This document shows, one piece after another, positions 19,460-28,691 of a DNA stretch of 64,000 nucleotides. Where the stretch lies: contig CAWBAN010000001.1 in NCBI GenBank assembly GCA_963786935.1, positions 1,088,001 through 1,152,000 of the forward strand. The letters are read 5' to 3'. The DNA is from an uncultured bacterium. Lineage in GTDB: Bacteria; Krumholzibacteriota; Krumholzibacteriia; Krumholzibacteriales; Krumholzibacteriaceae. The first letter of the stretch is position 1, and every line of letters begins with the position of its first letter. A program made the translations under genes and the position numbers. The notes beneath the pieces were generated by a model. It was not told where the DNA came from, did no database searches, and was given only the letters and a program-made list of their open reading frames with translations.

Positions 19460-20649
19460 TTATTCCTCGAGCCTCGACGCCGCGAGGCTGATGAGATCTC
19501 TCACCGCCACGGGCGACGGTTTCCATGAGCACCCGGGGATCACCTCATGATAGAGGAGCGTGCATTTCGGGCACGCGGTGACGAGCGTGTCGGCGCCGCA
19601 TCGATGGGCTTCCGTGAGACGCTCGTTGACCGCCGTCCGCGTGTGCGGCCCGTGGTTCACCCACGAGCCCGCGCCGCAGCAGGGAGCACCGCTCCCCCGC
19701 CGCTCGAGCTCGACCGGGCTGTCGACCGACAGCCGGGCGAGGATCTTCCGCGGCGCCTCGCTCTCGCCGAGACGGCGGCAGAGATAGCATGGATCGTGAA
19801 ACGCCGGCTTCTCTCCCCCCGCCTGAAGGCGAGCTTCTCGAGGCCGCCGGCGACGAATTCGGTGATGTGACGCACCTCGAAGGGCTGCGGCCCGAGCTCC
19901 TTCGCGTAGGTATCCTTGAGCGTGAACGCGCATTCGGGGCACATCGTGAGAACCGTCCGCGCCCTCGACGCCGCGATCTGATCGACGTTGTGCCGCGCGA
20001 GCGCCATGAACGCGTCCCGCTCGCCGAGGTCGTACAGGTCGCGGCCGCAGCATCGCTCGTCGTCGAGGATGACCGGCGAGACGCCGAGCGCGTTCAGAAG
20101 CCGCACCCCGCTCCGCGCCATCTCCGCGAAGCTCGTTTCGAGCGAGGGACCGGCGACGGCGTCGAAGAGCGAGAGGCAGCCCGTGAAGAGCGCCGTCTCC
20201 CCTTCCTTCGCGACGCGCGAGGAGGTATCGAGCCACGAGAGCCGCGCCTTCGAAGCGGGTGCCACGCCCTTCGCCCCCCTCGTCCCCTTCGGGGGACCCG
20301 GGACGTTCCCCGCCTGCGAGCGCTGATACTGCTGAATGATCCCGCCGAAGACGGGCCGGTAATCGGAACGACCCGAGCGCAGCTCGCGGACGAAATCGGC
20401 GAAGGGGACCTTGAACGGGCACGCCTCGGTGCACGCCGCGCACGTCACGCACGTCCAGACCAGCTCGTGATCGCGGGCGGCGCTCTCCCCGCCGCTCAGG
20501 AACCGCCCGGCGAGCTGCTGCGGGTGATTCGTCCCGAAGTGGCGGTACACGGGGCACGCCGAGGCGCATTCGTTCTTGCACCTCGTGCAATCCTCGATAT
20601 GGTAGCGTGCGACAATCTCTTTTTCGTTCATTTCGACTTCCATGCCCAC
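19460..20649 (-). CDS. HdrD/GlpC-like Fe-S protein with two CCG domains (frameshift at 19815-19820)
   Basis: CTRCKNECASACP, WTCVTCAACTEACP, FTGC..CCG..CPEC, HDPC..CCG..CPKC. Confidence 0.87.
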
Positions 20650-22856
20650 TTATTGACGGCGAGGGCGAACTCCTCGGGATTCGTCGAGATCTCCGTCACG
20701 ATCTCGCCCCGATATCCGAACAGCCGAAGCAGCGAGCGGCATTGCTCGATGACGCGCCGGCCCGAGGAACGGCCGAATCCGTAATGGCACTCCTCGTCGG
20801 CGCACCCGCACACGAGCACCTTCGGGCTCCCGCGCAGCGCCGCCTCGACGATGAACCGCGGCGGAATCCTCCCCGCGCACATCGTCTCGATCACGAGCAC
20901 GTCCCGGGGCAGATCGAGGCGCTCGGGGCGGGCCCAGTGACAGACGAAGAGCACCTTCGCCCGCGACGAGGAAACCCCCTCGAGGCGCTTCATGATGAGC
21001 GCATCGTCGAAGTTCCGCTGATCGATCGCGCCCGTGGGGCAGACGGCCACGCACGAGCCGCATCCCTTGCACGCGAGCTCGTCGACCCGCGCCGCGAAAC
21101 GCCCTCCCGGACGCGCTTCCACCTGCACCGCCCGGTAACCGCAGATCTCGGCGCACCGGCCGCAGCCGGTGCAGATCGTTTCGTCCACCGCACAGACGGT
21201 CCGGAGGGGAGTCGCCTCCGCGCGCTCCGATCCGAGCTCGAGCACGACGCGCTCCGGCGCCGACGACCAGAACTCCCGCCCCGCGTGCACGTTCACCGAG
21301 AGGTCCTCTCCGACGCGCAGGAGGAAATCCTTCTTCTCGCAGATATCGACGCAGACCTCGCACTCGCCGCACGGACCGCAGCGGAGGCATCGCCCCGCCT
21401 CGCGACGGGCGGCCTGCCCCGCAAAGCCCTTCTCCGCCTCGTCGAACGCCTTCGCGCGCCGGGCGGCCGGCTCGAGCGGCATCGGCTCCCGCCGCGCCTT
21501 CGCGCCCGCGGTCTCGAGCATATACTCGCGGTGACCAATCCCGGCGTCGATCGTGAGATCGAGCGGGGACTCGATCGCCTCGCCGCTCAGGTAGTGATGA
21601 ATCCGGTAGGCGGCCTTCTGGCCCGAGGCGATCGCCTCGACGACGCTCCGCGGCCCCGTCACGAGGTCCCCCGCGGCGAACACGCCGTCGACGCCCGTCG
21701 AGGACGTGGCCGCATCGACCGCCACCGCGCCGGCCGGCGTCGCCGAGAGGCCGAGACCCGAACCGAACGCCTTGACGTCGATCCCGCGCCCGTACGCGTC
21801 GACGAAGATATCCGCTTTTCCCTCGAACCCGCTGCCGGTGATCTCGACGGCGTCGCGCCTGCCCGTCGCGTCGGGCTTCCGTTCCTCGAGCCTGACGAAC
21901 GCGACTCCCCCGAGCCGCTTCCCCTTCGCGATGAGGCGCGAGGGCCGGACGAGGAAGAGCGTTTTGACGCCTTCCTGCTCCGCCTGCGCGAGATCCTCCG
22001 CGCGGACCGGGGCGAGCCCCCGGCTCTTGCCGATCGCGAGCGTGACGCTCCTCGCGCCGAGACGCGCGGCCGTGCGCGCGCAATCGAGCGCCATCATGCC
22101 GTCGCCGGCCACGACGACGCTCGCATCCTCGATCTCGAGAGCGGCGTTCTGCAGGAAATCGATCGCGTGCACGACGCCCGCGATCCCCGCCCGCCCCCAC
22201 TTCCACGCGGGGCGCCACGCCCCGGTTCCGAGCAGGAGGGCGCGGTAGCCGCGCCGCTTGAGCTGATTCCAGGTAACCGTTTTTCCGAACTCCGTCCCCG
22301 TGACGAGCTCGATGCCGGCCTCGAGGATCGCGCGCGCCTCGCGCTCGACGACGGCGCGCGGGAGCCTGAAGCCGGGAATGAGATTCATCATGCCGCCCGG
22401 GCGGTCCTTCACCTCGAACACGGTCACGGGATAGCCGAGCGCGGCGAGCTCGCGCGCGGCCGCGAGCCCCGCGGGCCCCGCGCCGACGACGGCCACCTTG
22501 TCCGTCCGGAATATCCGGGCGGGGACGGCCGGATTGATCCCCCGCTTCATTTCGAGATCGAACACGAAGCGCTTCAGCGCGCAGATCGCGATCGCGTCGT
22601 CGTAGTTCCCCCGCGTGCACGCCGCCTCGCAGGGACGGGGGCACACCCTCCCGCAGACGCCGGGGAACGGGTTGCGCTCGCGGATGAGGGCGAGCGCCTC
22701 GGCGAACCTGCCGTCCGAAACGAGCGAGACGTACCCCCGCGCGTTGATGCGCGTCGGACAGGCGAGCGTGCAGGGAGAGGTCTCGAGCGGCACGAGCTTC
22801 CAGGAGCGCGCCTCCCGCGGATCCCTCATGATGATGGCGTCGGCGTCCTTCTCCAT
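20628..22856 (-). CDS. GltD/Nfn-like flavoprotein fused to ferredoxin domains and a C-terminal MvhD domain
   Basis: SPCTLACP..CGRVCPRPCEAAC, GAGPAGL, VFAAGD, CLRCGPCGECEVC, two CxxCxxCxxxC, FVCHW..MCAGR..GCADEECHY. Confidence 0.85.
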   Translation of the reverse strand: MEKDADAIIMRDPREARSWKLVPLETSPCTLACPTRINARGYVSLVSDGRFAEALALIRERNPFPGVCGRVCPRPCEAACTRGNYDDAIAICALKRFVFDLEMKRGINPAVPARIFRTDKVAVVGAGPAGLAAARELAALGYPVTVFEVKDRPGGMMNLIPGFRLPRAVVEREARAILEAGIELVTGTEFGKTVTWNQLKRRGYRALLLGTGAWRPAWKWGRAGIAGVVHAIDFLQNAALEIEDASVVVAGDGMMALDCARTAARLGARSVTLAIGKSRGLAPVRAEDLAQAEQEGVKTLFLVRPSRLIAKGKRLGGVAFVRLEERKPDATGRRDAVEITGSGFEGKADIFVDAYGRGIDVKAFGSGLGLSATPAGAVAVDAATSSTGVDGVFAAGDLVTGPRSVVEAIASGQKAAYRIHHYLSGEAIESPLDLTIDAGIGHREYMLETAGAKARREPMPLEPAARRAKAFDEAEKGFAGQAARREAGRCLRCGPCGECEVCVDICEKKDFLLRVGEDLSVNVHAGREFWSSAPERVVLELGSERAEATPLRTVCAVDETICTGCGRCAEICGYRAVQVEARPGGRFAARVDELACKGCGSCVAVCPTGAIDQRNFDDALIMKRLEGVSSSRAKVLFVCHWARPERLDLPRDVLVIETMCAGRIPPRFIVEAALRGSPKVLVCGCADEECHYGFGRSSGRRVIEQCRSLLRLFGYRGEIVTEISTNPEEFALAVNKWAWKSK

Positions 22857-23603
22857 CTATGCGCGAGCCTTTCTGCGAGGATGTCTCTTCGCGAGCATCG
22901 GGTGCGTCCCGGCCTCGGCGCGGAATTTCTGGTCGATCTCGCAGCGAAAACACTCGTAATTGAGCGAGCACACGGCATCGCTCAGGAATCCCATGAGCGT
23001 GTAGCGGCACGGATGCTCCGCGCCTTCCCGGCGGAGCTCCATGACGCGCTCGTACTCCATGTCGATCGCGTCCGTCGGGCAGACGAAGGCGCACGCGCCG
23101 CACGCGATGCAGCGGGAATGATCGATGCCGAAGGGGGATTCGACCTTCCGCCCGATGCCGCGCTGCGAGAATCCGATCGCATCGGCGCCGGCGACCTCCG
23201 CGCACACGCGCACGCAGAGCCCGCAGAGGACGCAATCGTCGTTCAGCTTCGAGAACCGCGCTTTCGTCACGCCGTGCTTCGCGGCGAGCTCCCGCACGTA
23301 CGGCGCCTCGGGAGACCGCGCGAGGAGCAGCTCGAGGAGGAACCTCCGCAGCTTCTTGATCCGCGGCGTATCGGTCTCGACCTCGAGCCCGTCCTTCACC
23401 GGGTAGAGGCACGACGCCACGACGCGCGAGCGCTTTCTGCCCGGCTCGCGCACCTCGACGACGCAGAGCCTGCAGGCGCCGTAGGGCGCGAGCGACTCGT
23501 GCGCGCAGAGCGCGGGGATATCGATTCCCGCCGAGCGCGCCGCGTCGAGCACCGTCGTCCCGGCCTCCGCCGTCCGTTTCTTCCCGTTCAGAACGAACTT
23601 CAT
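22857..23603 (-). CDS. Short NuoG/HoxU-like Fe-S subunit with Cys-rich C-terminal extension
   Basis: IPALC..GACRLCVV..ASC (2Fe-2S), CVLCGLCVRVC, CIACGACAFVCP; no catalytic domain. Confidence 0.88.
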   Translation of the reverse strand: MKFVLNGKKRTAEAGTTVLDAARSAGIDIPALCAHESLAPYGACRLCVVEVREPGRKRSRVVASCLYPVKDGLEVETDTPRIKKLRRFLLELLLARSPEAPYVRELAAKHGVTKARFSKLNDDCVLCGLCVRVCAEVAGADAIGFSQRGIGRKVESPFGIDHSRCIACGACAFVCPTDAIDMEYERVMELRREGAEHPCRYTLMGFLSDAVCSLNYECFRCEIDQKFRAEAGTHPMLAKRHPRRKARA

Positions 23604-24139
23604 TTGTATTTCTCCAGCGCCTTGCCGACCGTGAGATGATCGAGCCTGCTCACCAGATCCCCGTCGACCATCATGACCGGCGCCTGGCCGCAGCAGCCGA
23701 GGCACCGCACGGTCTCGAACGAGAACCGCATGTCGGCGGTCGTGCCGCCGGCGCCTACCTTGAGCTCGCGCTCGATCGCGTCCTGCACGCGTTTGGCGCC
23801 CCGCACGTGGCACGCCGTGCCGAGGCAGAGCGATATTTCATGCCTGCCCCGCGGCACGAGCCTGAACGCCTTGTAGAACGTCGCGATCGCGAAGAGCCTC
23901 GTGAGCGGCACGTCGAGCTCGCGCGATATGAGGCGCAGGTCCCGCTCGGGGAGGTACTGGCGCAGCGCCTGCAGATCCTGCAGGATCGCGATGATCTGCG
24001 AGGCGAGCCTCCCATGCCGGTCGAGGATGCGCTGCACGTCCCGCTCGCCGGCGGCCGCTCCGGCGGCGCCCGACGCCGCGCGCGCGCCTCCGGCCGAGAG
24101 AACGTCCCGTATCGTGCGAACGGCGCCGCTCCCGCTCAT
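23600..24139 (-). CDS. NuoE/HydC-like 2Fe-2S subunit
   Basis: ATFYKAF, CLGTACHVRG, CLGCCGQAP; ATGA overlaps on both sides (C-terminal part of ORF 23600..25918). Confidence 0.92.
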   Translation of the reverse strand: MSGSGAVRTIRDVLSAGGARAASGAAGAAAGERDVQRILDRHGRLASQIIAILQDLQALRQYLPERDLRLISRELDVPLTRLFAIATFYKAFRLVPRGRHEISLCLGTACHVRGAKRVQDAIERELKVGAGGTTADMRFSFETVRCLGCCGQAPVMMVDGDLVSRLDHLTVGKALEKYK

Positions 24140-26037
24140 CGCGCGATCGCCTCGAATCTGCACGCGTCCCAGCACGCGCCGCATTTGATGCATTTCGTTT
24201 CGTCGATCACGTGAATCTCTTTCGCCTTGCCCGCGATGCAGCCGACCGGACACGCCTTGGCGCATGCGCGGCAGCCCGTGCAGCGGTCCGGCACGACCCT
24301 GAACCGGAGGAGCGCCTTGCAGACTCCCGCGGGGCATCGCTTCCGGCGTATATGGGCCTCGTACTCGTCCCTGAAGTAGCGGATCGTGGTCAGCACGGGA
24401 TTGGGGGCCGAGCCGCCGAGCGCGCACAGCGACGTCGCCGCCACGCCCTCGGAGATCTCCTCGAGGAGCTCGATGTCTCCCCGTTTTCCTCTTCCCTCGA
24501 CGATCCGGTCGAGAATCTCGAGGAGCGCGCGGAGCCCTTCCCGGCACGGGAGGCACTTGCCGCACGATTCGTCCTTGAGAAAATCGATGAAGTACCGCGC
24601 GACGTCCACCATGCAGGTGTCTTCGTCCATCACGATCATGCCGCCGGAGCCCATCATCGAGCCGGCGCCGGTCAGCGCGTCGAAATCGACGGGGAGGTCG
24701 AGAAGCGATTCGGGCAGGCATCCACCCGAGGGGCCGCCCGTCTGCACCGCTTTGAACTTCTTTCCCTGCGGCACGCCGCCGCCGATATCGAATATGATCT
24801 CCCGCAGCGTCATCCCCATCGGCACCTCGACGAGCCCCGTGTTGGCGATCTTGCCGACGAGGGAGAATATCTTCGTCCCCTTGCTTCCGCCCCACGGATT
24901 CGAGCTCACGTCCCCCGTGCCGATTTTCGAATACCAGGCATGCCCGCCGAGAACGATCTTCGGCACGTTCGCCCACGTCTCGACGTTGTTCAATACGGTG
25001 GGCTGCTCCCAGAGCCCCTTCTCGACCGTGTGGATGTATTTCGCCCGCGGCTCTCCCGGCCTGCCCTCGAGCGAGGCCATGAGCGCCGTCGATTCGCCGC
25101 AGACGAACGCGCCGCCCCCCCGGGATATCGTGATGTCGAACGAGAAGCCGCTTCCGAGAATATCCTCGCCGAGCAACCCGCATTCGCGCGCCTGGGCGAG
25201 CGCGGTCGTCAGCGCTTCCACCGCGCGCGGGTACTCGTTCCGGACGTAGATATAGCCCTCGCGCGCGCCGACCGCGTACGCGCCGATGACGATCCCCTCG
25301 ATGACGCTGTGCGGATTTCCCTCGCAGATGCTCCGGTCCATGAACGCGCCGGGGTCCCCTTCGTCCGCGTTGCAGATGACGTATCGTTTCCGGCCCCGGG
25401 CGGCCCGCGCCGTCTCCCATTTGACGCCGGCCGGGAAACCGCCGCCGCCCCGTCCGCGAAGCCCCGATTTCTTGATCGTCTCGATCACCCCGCGCGGCTT
25501 GCGGCCCTCGAGCACGCGGCGCAGCGCCTCGTAGCCGTCGAGCGCGATGTAATCCCGGATGTCCGCCGGATCGATCCTCGAGTTGTTCCCGAGGATGAGC
25601 CTCATCTGCCGCTTGTAATAGGGCACGTCTTCCTCGAGCTCCACGCGTTTCCCGGTGGACGGATCGAGGTAGAGGAGACGCTCGACGATTTCCCCCTTCT
25701 TGATCGTCTGGGCGACGATCTCGGGAACGTCGGCGGGCTTCACCTGCGTATAGAGGATCTTTCGGGGATGAACGACGACGAGCGCACCCTTCTCGCAGAA
25801 GCCGTGGCAACCGGTCGCCTTGACGTCGACGCGGCGCAGCCGCTCCTTGGCGATCTCGCGCTTGAACGCTTCGAAGACGTTGGCGGAATCGCACGCGCGG
25901 CAACCCGTGTCGGCGCACACGCCGATGGTGATCCAGCCCGCCGGCCGTTCGCTGAGGATTTCCTTTCTGAATCTATCGAGGCTCTTGAAAGAGCGAAGCT
26001 TGTTGAGTTTCAGGGTCGCACCCTCCTGCCCTGCCAA
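24136..26037 (-). CDS. NuoF/HydB-like NADH/FMN-binding subunit with N-terminal 2Fe-2S and C-terminal 2[4Fe-4S]
   Basis: GLRGRGGGGFP, CNADEGDPGAFMDR, FVCGESTAL, ESCGKCLPCREG, SLCALG; start possibly CTG at 26013. Confidence 0.95.
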   Translation of the reverse strand: MAGQEGATLKLNKLRSFKSLDRFRKEILSERPAGWITIGVCADTGCRACDSANVFEAFKREIAKERLRRVDVKATGCHGFCEKGALVVVHPRKILYTQVKPADVPEIVAQTIKKGEIVERLLYLDPSTGKRVELEEDVPYYKRQMRLILGNNSRIDPADIRDYIALDGYEALRRVLEGRKPRGVIETIKKSGLRGRGGGGFPAGVKWETARAARGRKRYVICNADEGDPGAFMDRSICEGNPHSVIEGIVIGAYAVGAREGYIYVRNEYPRAVEALTTALAQARECGLLGEDILGSGFSFDITISRGGGAFVCGESTALMASLEGRPGEPRAKYIHTVEKGLWEQPTVLNNVETWANVPKIVLGGHAWYSKIGTGDVSSNPWGGSKGTKIFSLVGKIANTGLVEVPMGMTLREIIFDIGGGVPQGKKFKAVQTGGPSGGCLPESLLDLPVDFDALTGAGSMMGSGGMIVMDEDTCMVDVARYFIDFLKDESCGKCLPCREGLRALLEILDRIVEGRGKRGDIELLEEISEGVAATSLCALGGSAPNPVLTTIRYFRDEYEAHIRRKRCPAGVCKALLRFRVVPDRCTGCRACAKACPVGCIAGKAKEIHVIDETKCIKCGACWDACRFEAIAR

Positions 26038-26176
26038 TCAAAAAGATAAATGGAAATTAATCAGAAATTCCTGAAAAAGTCAAGTGCTATAGCGCGCCCG
26101 CAATATGATAATAACTACATAGTATTGAATAAGTTATTGCGCGGATGGGGCGCCGGCGACGAAGAAATGACCGGAA

Positions 26177-28150
26177 TCATGTTGCGATCGTCAGGAGTAC
26201 CTGATCCTTTTCGACGGACGTTCCCGGGGATACCTTGAGGGATTTAACGACGCCGTTCACCCTGGATGTCAGATTGTTCTGCATCTTCATGGCTTCGAGA
26301 ATGACGAGAACATCCCCTTCCTTCACCTTGTCCCCCACCTTCACCTCGAACTGGACGACCATGCCCGGCATCGGGGCGATTATCGAGTACTCGCCGTTCG
26401 AATTGGCGCTCGACTCGACCTTCTCGACCTTGCTCCGCCCCTCTTCCTTCTTGACCTTCGGCTCTTCCTTCTTCTCGGGCTCCTTCTCCTTGGCGGGGGC
26501 CGTCTCCTTCTTGATGACGAGCGGCTGCGTGTCGCCGACCGCGATGACGCGCGGCTTCCCGCCGACTTCCTCGACGTCGACCGAGTACCGCTCGCCGCCG
26601 ACCGAAACGCTGAAGCTGCGGAGCGGCGCGCCGGTGCCGGGAGCGCCCGCAGGGGCACGCTCGACGAGCTGACCCTTGAGCGCTTTCTCCACGAGCTCGT
26701 CCTCGCGCTTCACGTCTTCCATCGTTTTCGCCTTCGTTTCGGCGGGAGGCTGCTCTTTGCCGTATTTCCATTTGAGGAAACGCAGCCCGGTGGTCGGATA
26801 GAGCGCGTAGATGAGGACGTCACCCTCGTCCTGAGCGATGTCTTTCGTCGCCTCGCGCGCCTTGTCCATCTCCGGCTCGAGCGTATCGGCCGCCCTGCAG
26901 GTGATCGGCTTTTCACCTTTCGGGTAGCCGTGGAGCACGATCTTCTGCACCCGCGGATCGATGGGTGCCGGCGACCTCCCGTAGAGACCGTAGACGTAGT
27001 CCTTCACCTGGCTCGAGATCATCTTGTACCGGCCGAAGAGGACGTTCTGAACCGCCTGCGTTCCGACGATCTGGCTCGTCGGCGTCACGAGCGGCGGAAA
27101 GCCGAGCTCCTTGCGGGTTCTCGGCAGCTCGTCGTAGACCTCGTTGATCCGGTCGAGGGCGTCGGCCTCCTTGAGCTGGCTCACGAGGTTCGTGAGCATT
27201 CCGCCGGGAATCTGATGCTCGAGAACCGCGGTGTCGATGATCGACATCTGGGTCGTATTGAGAAATTGCCGGTATTTCGGCGCGATCGATTCGATGTACT
27301 GGCCGATCTCGAAGAGCTTCTCCAGATCGAGCCCGGGGCTCCGCACCTTTCCCTTGAGCGCCGCGACGATCGGCTCGATCGCCGGCTCCGACGACCTGAG
27401 CCCGAACGGCGCCACCGCGCAGTCGATCGTATCGACACCCGCCTCGATCGCCTTGAGATAGGTCATCGAGGCCATGCCGCTCGTATAGTGGCAGTGCAGC
27501 TGGATCGGGAGCCTGACCGAGCGCTTCAGGGCGCCGATGAGCTCGTAGGCGTCGTACGGATTCATGATCCCGGCCATGTCCTTGAGGCAGATCGAATCCG
27601 CGCCCATCTCCTTGAGGATCTTGGCCTTCTCGATGTAGTACTTGAGATTGTAGACCTTCCCGCCCATCTTCGGGCCGGTCAGGGAGAACGATATCGTGCC
27701 CTGGACGTGCTTCTTGCACTTCTTGATCGCCTTGAACGACGCCTCGAAGTTGCGCTCGTCGTTGAGCGCGTCGAACACGCGGAAGACGTCGATGCCGGTT
27801 TCGGCGGCCCGCTCGACGAAGGCCTCGACGACGTCGTCGGCGTAGTTCCGGTATCCGACGAGGTTCTGGCCGCGCAGGAGCATCTGAAGCGGCGTTTTCC
27901 TGATCCGCTTCTTGAGCTCCGTGAGGCGCTCCCAGGGATCCTCGTTGAGATATCGCGTCGCGACGTCGAAGGTCGCTCCCCCCCAGACCTCCATCGTATG
28001 GAATCCGACCCGGTCCATCTTCTCCGCGATGGGGAGCATGTCTTCGGTGCGCATCCGGGTGGCGATCGTGGACTGGTGCCCGTCACGGAGCGTCGTGTCG
28101 GTCACCTTGACCGCTTTGAAGGCCTCGAGCAGCTTGGTGTTCTTGGGCAT
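26177..28150 (-). CDS. Pyruvate/oxaloacetate carboxyltransferase with biotin carrier (PycB/OadA-like)
   Basis: DTTLRDGHQS, WGGATFD, LKDMAG, HCH, PLVTPTSQIVG, EAMKM. Confidence 0.95.
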   Translation of the reverse strand: MPKNTKLLEAFKAVKVTDTTLRDGHQSTIATRMRTEDMLPIAEKMDRVGFHTMEVWGGATFDVATRYLNEDPWERLTELKKRIRKTPLQMLLRGQNLVGYRNYADDVVEAFVERAAETGIDVFRVFDALNDERNFEASFKAIKKCKKHVQGTISFSLTGPKMGGKVYNLKYYIEKAKILKEMGADSICLKDMAGIMNPYDAYELIGALKRSVRLPIQLHCHYTSGMASMTYLKAIEAGVDTIDCAVAPFGLRSSEPAIEPIVAALKGKVRSPGLDLEKLFEIGQYIESIAPKYRQFLNTTQMSIIDTAVLEHQIPGGMLTNLVSQLKEADALDRINEVYDELPRTRKELGFPPLVTPTSQIVGTQAVQNVLFGRYKMISSQVKDYVYGLYGRSPAPIDPRVQKIVLHGYPKGEKPITCRAADTLEPEMDKAREATKDIAQDEGDVLIYALYPTTGLRFLKWKYGKEQPPAETKAKTMEDVKREDELVEKALKGQLVERAPAGAPGTGAPLRSFSVSVGGERYSVDVEEVGGKPRVIAVGDTQPLVIKKETAPAKEKEPEKKEEPKVKKEEGRSKVEKVESSANSNGEYSIIAPMPGMVVQFEVKVGDKVKEGDVLVILEAMKMQNNLTSRVNGVVKSLKVSPGTSVEKDQVLLTIAT

Positions 28151-28201
28151 ACATCGGCCCCTTCCGGAAAATGACTTCAGCCGGCTTCCCGGGGACTCAA
28201 C

Positions 28202-28402
28202 CTAGATGAGCGAGAATCTTCTCAGGCGCACCGTGTTCGGGTTCGCCCGAACGGTCAGCTGGTGCATCGACATGGTCTCGCGCCGTCCCGCCAGCTTCCA
28301 GGGGTTGAGTCTCTGCCCGAACCTTTTCTCGTCGAATGAGTTTTCCGATTCTATATAAGCGCTGACCGCCGCGGAGATCACCGCCATGATCTTCTCATCC
28401 AT
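28202..28402 (-). CDS. Small carboxylase accessory subunit (OadG / acyl-CoA carboxylase epsilon-like)
   Basis: AVISAAVSAY...NPWKLAGR; SD upstream; directly precedes the pycB/oadA-like gene. Confidence 0.6.
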   Translation of the reverse strand: MDEKIMAVISAAVSAYIESENSFDEKRFGQRLNPWKLAGRRETMSMHQLTVRANPNTVRLRRFSLI

Positions 28403-28573
28403 CATCCTCTACCTCCATCGTATGGAGAAAGATAACCCCCCCTTTTTCAGGCTGTCAACAACAAAAAACCGCGAGCGCGCCTCGCGCGTAGAGCTTAATC
28501 GCTTGTATGATAATGAATTATGAAAGACCGTGGCCTCGCCGAAGGCCGACGTCCGAGGAATCCCCCGAATAAA

Positions 28574-28649
<76 letters not shown>

Positions 28650-28659
28650 ACGGGGAGAA

Positions 28660-28687
28660 ATCTTACCTGCTAACGACGATTTGTCAA
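28660..28687 (-). promoter_or_regulatory. Sigma70-type promoter of tRNA-Phe
   Basis: TTGACA-16 nt-TAAGAT just upstream of the tRNA. Confidence 0.6.
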
Positions 28688-28691
28688 TGAA

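Noticed and set aside
22857..26037. Respiratory complex I or an [FeFe]-hydrogenase
   Set aside because: No membrane nuo genes and no H-cluster motifs; the NuoG-like protein is only ~248 aa
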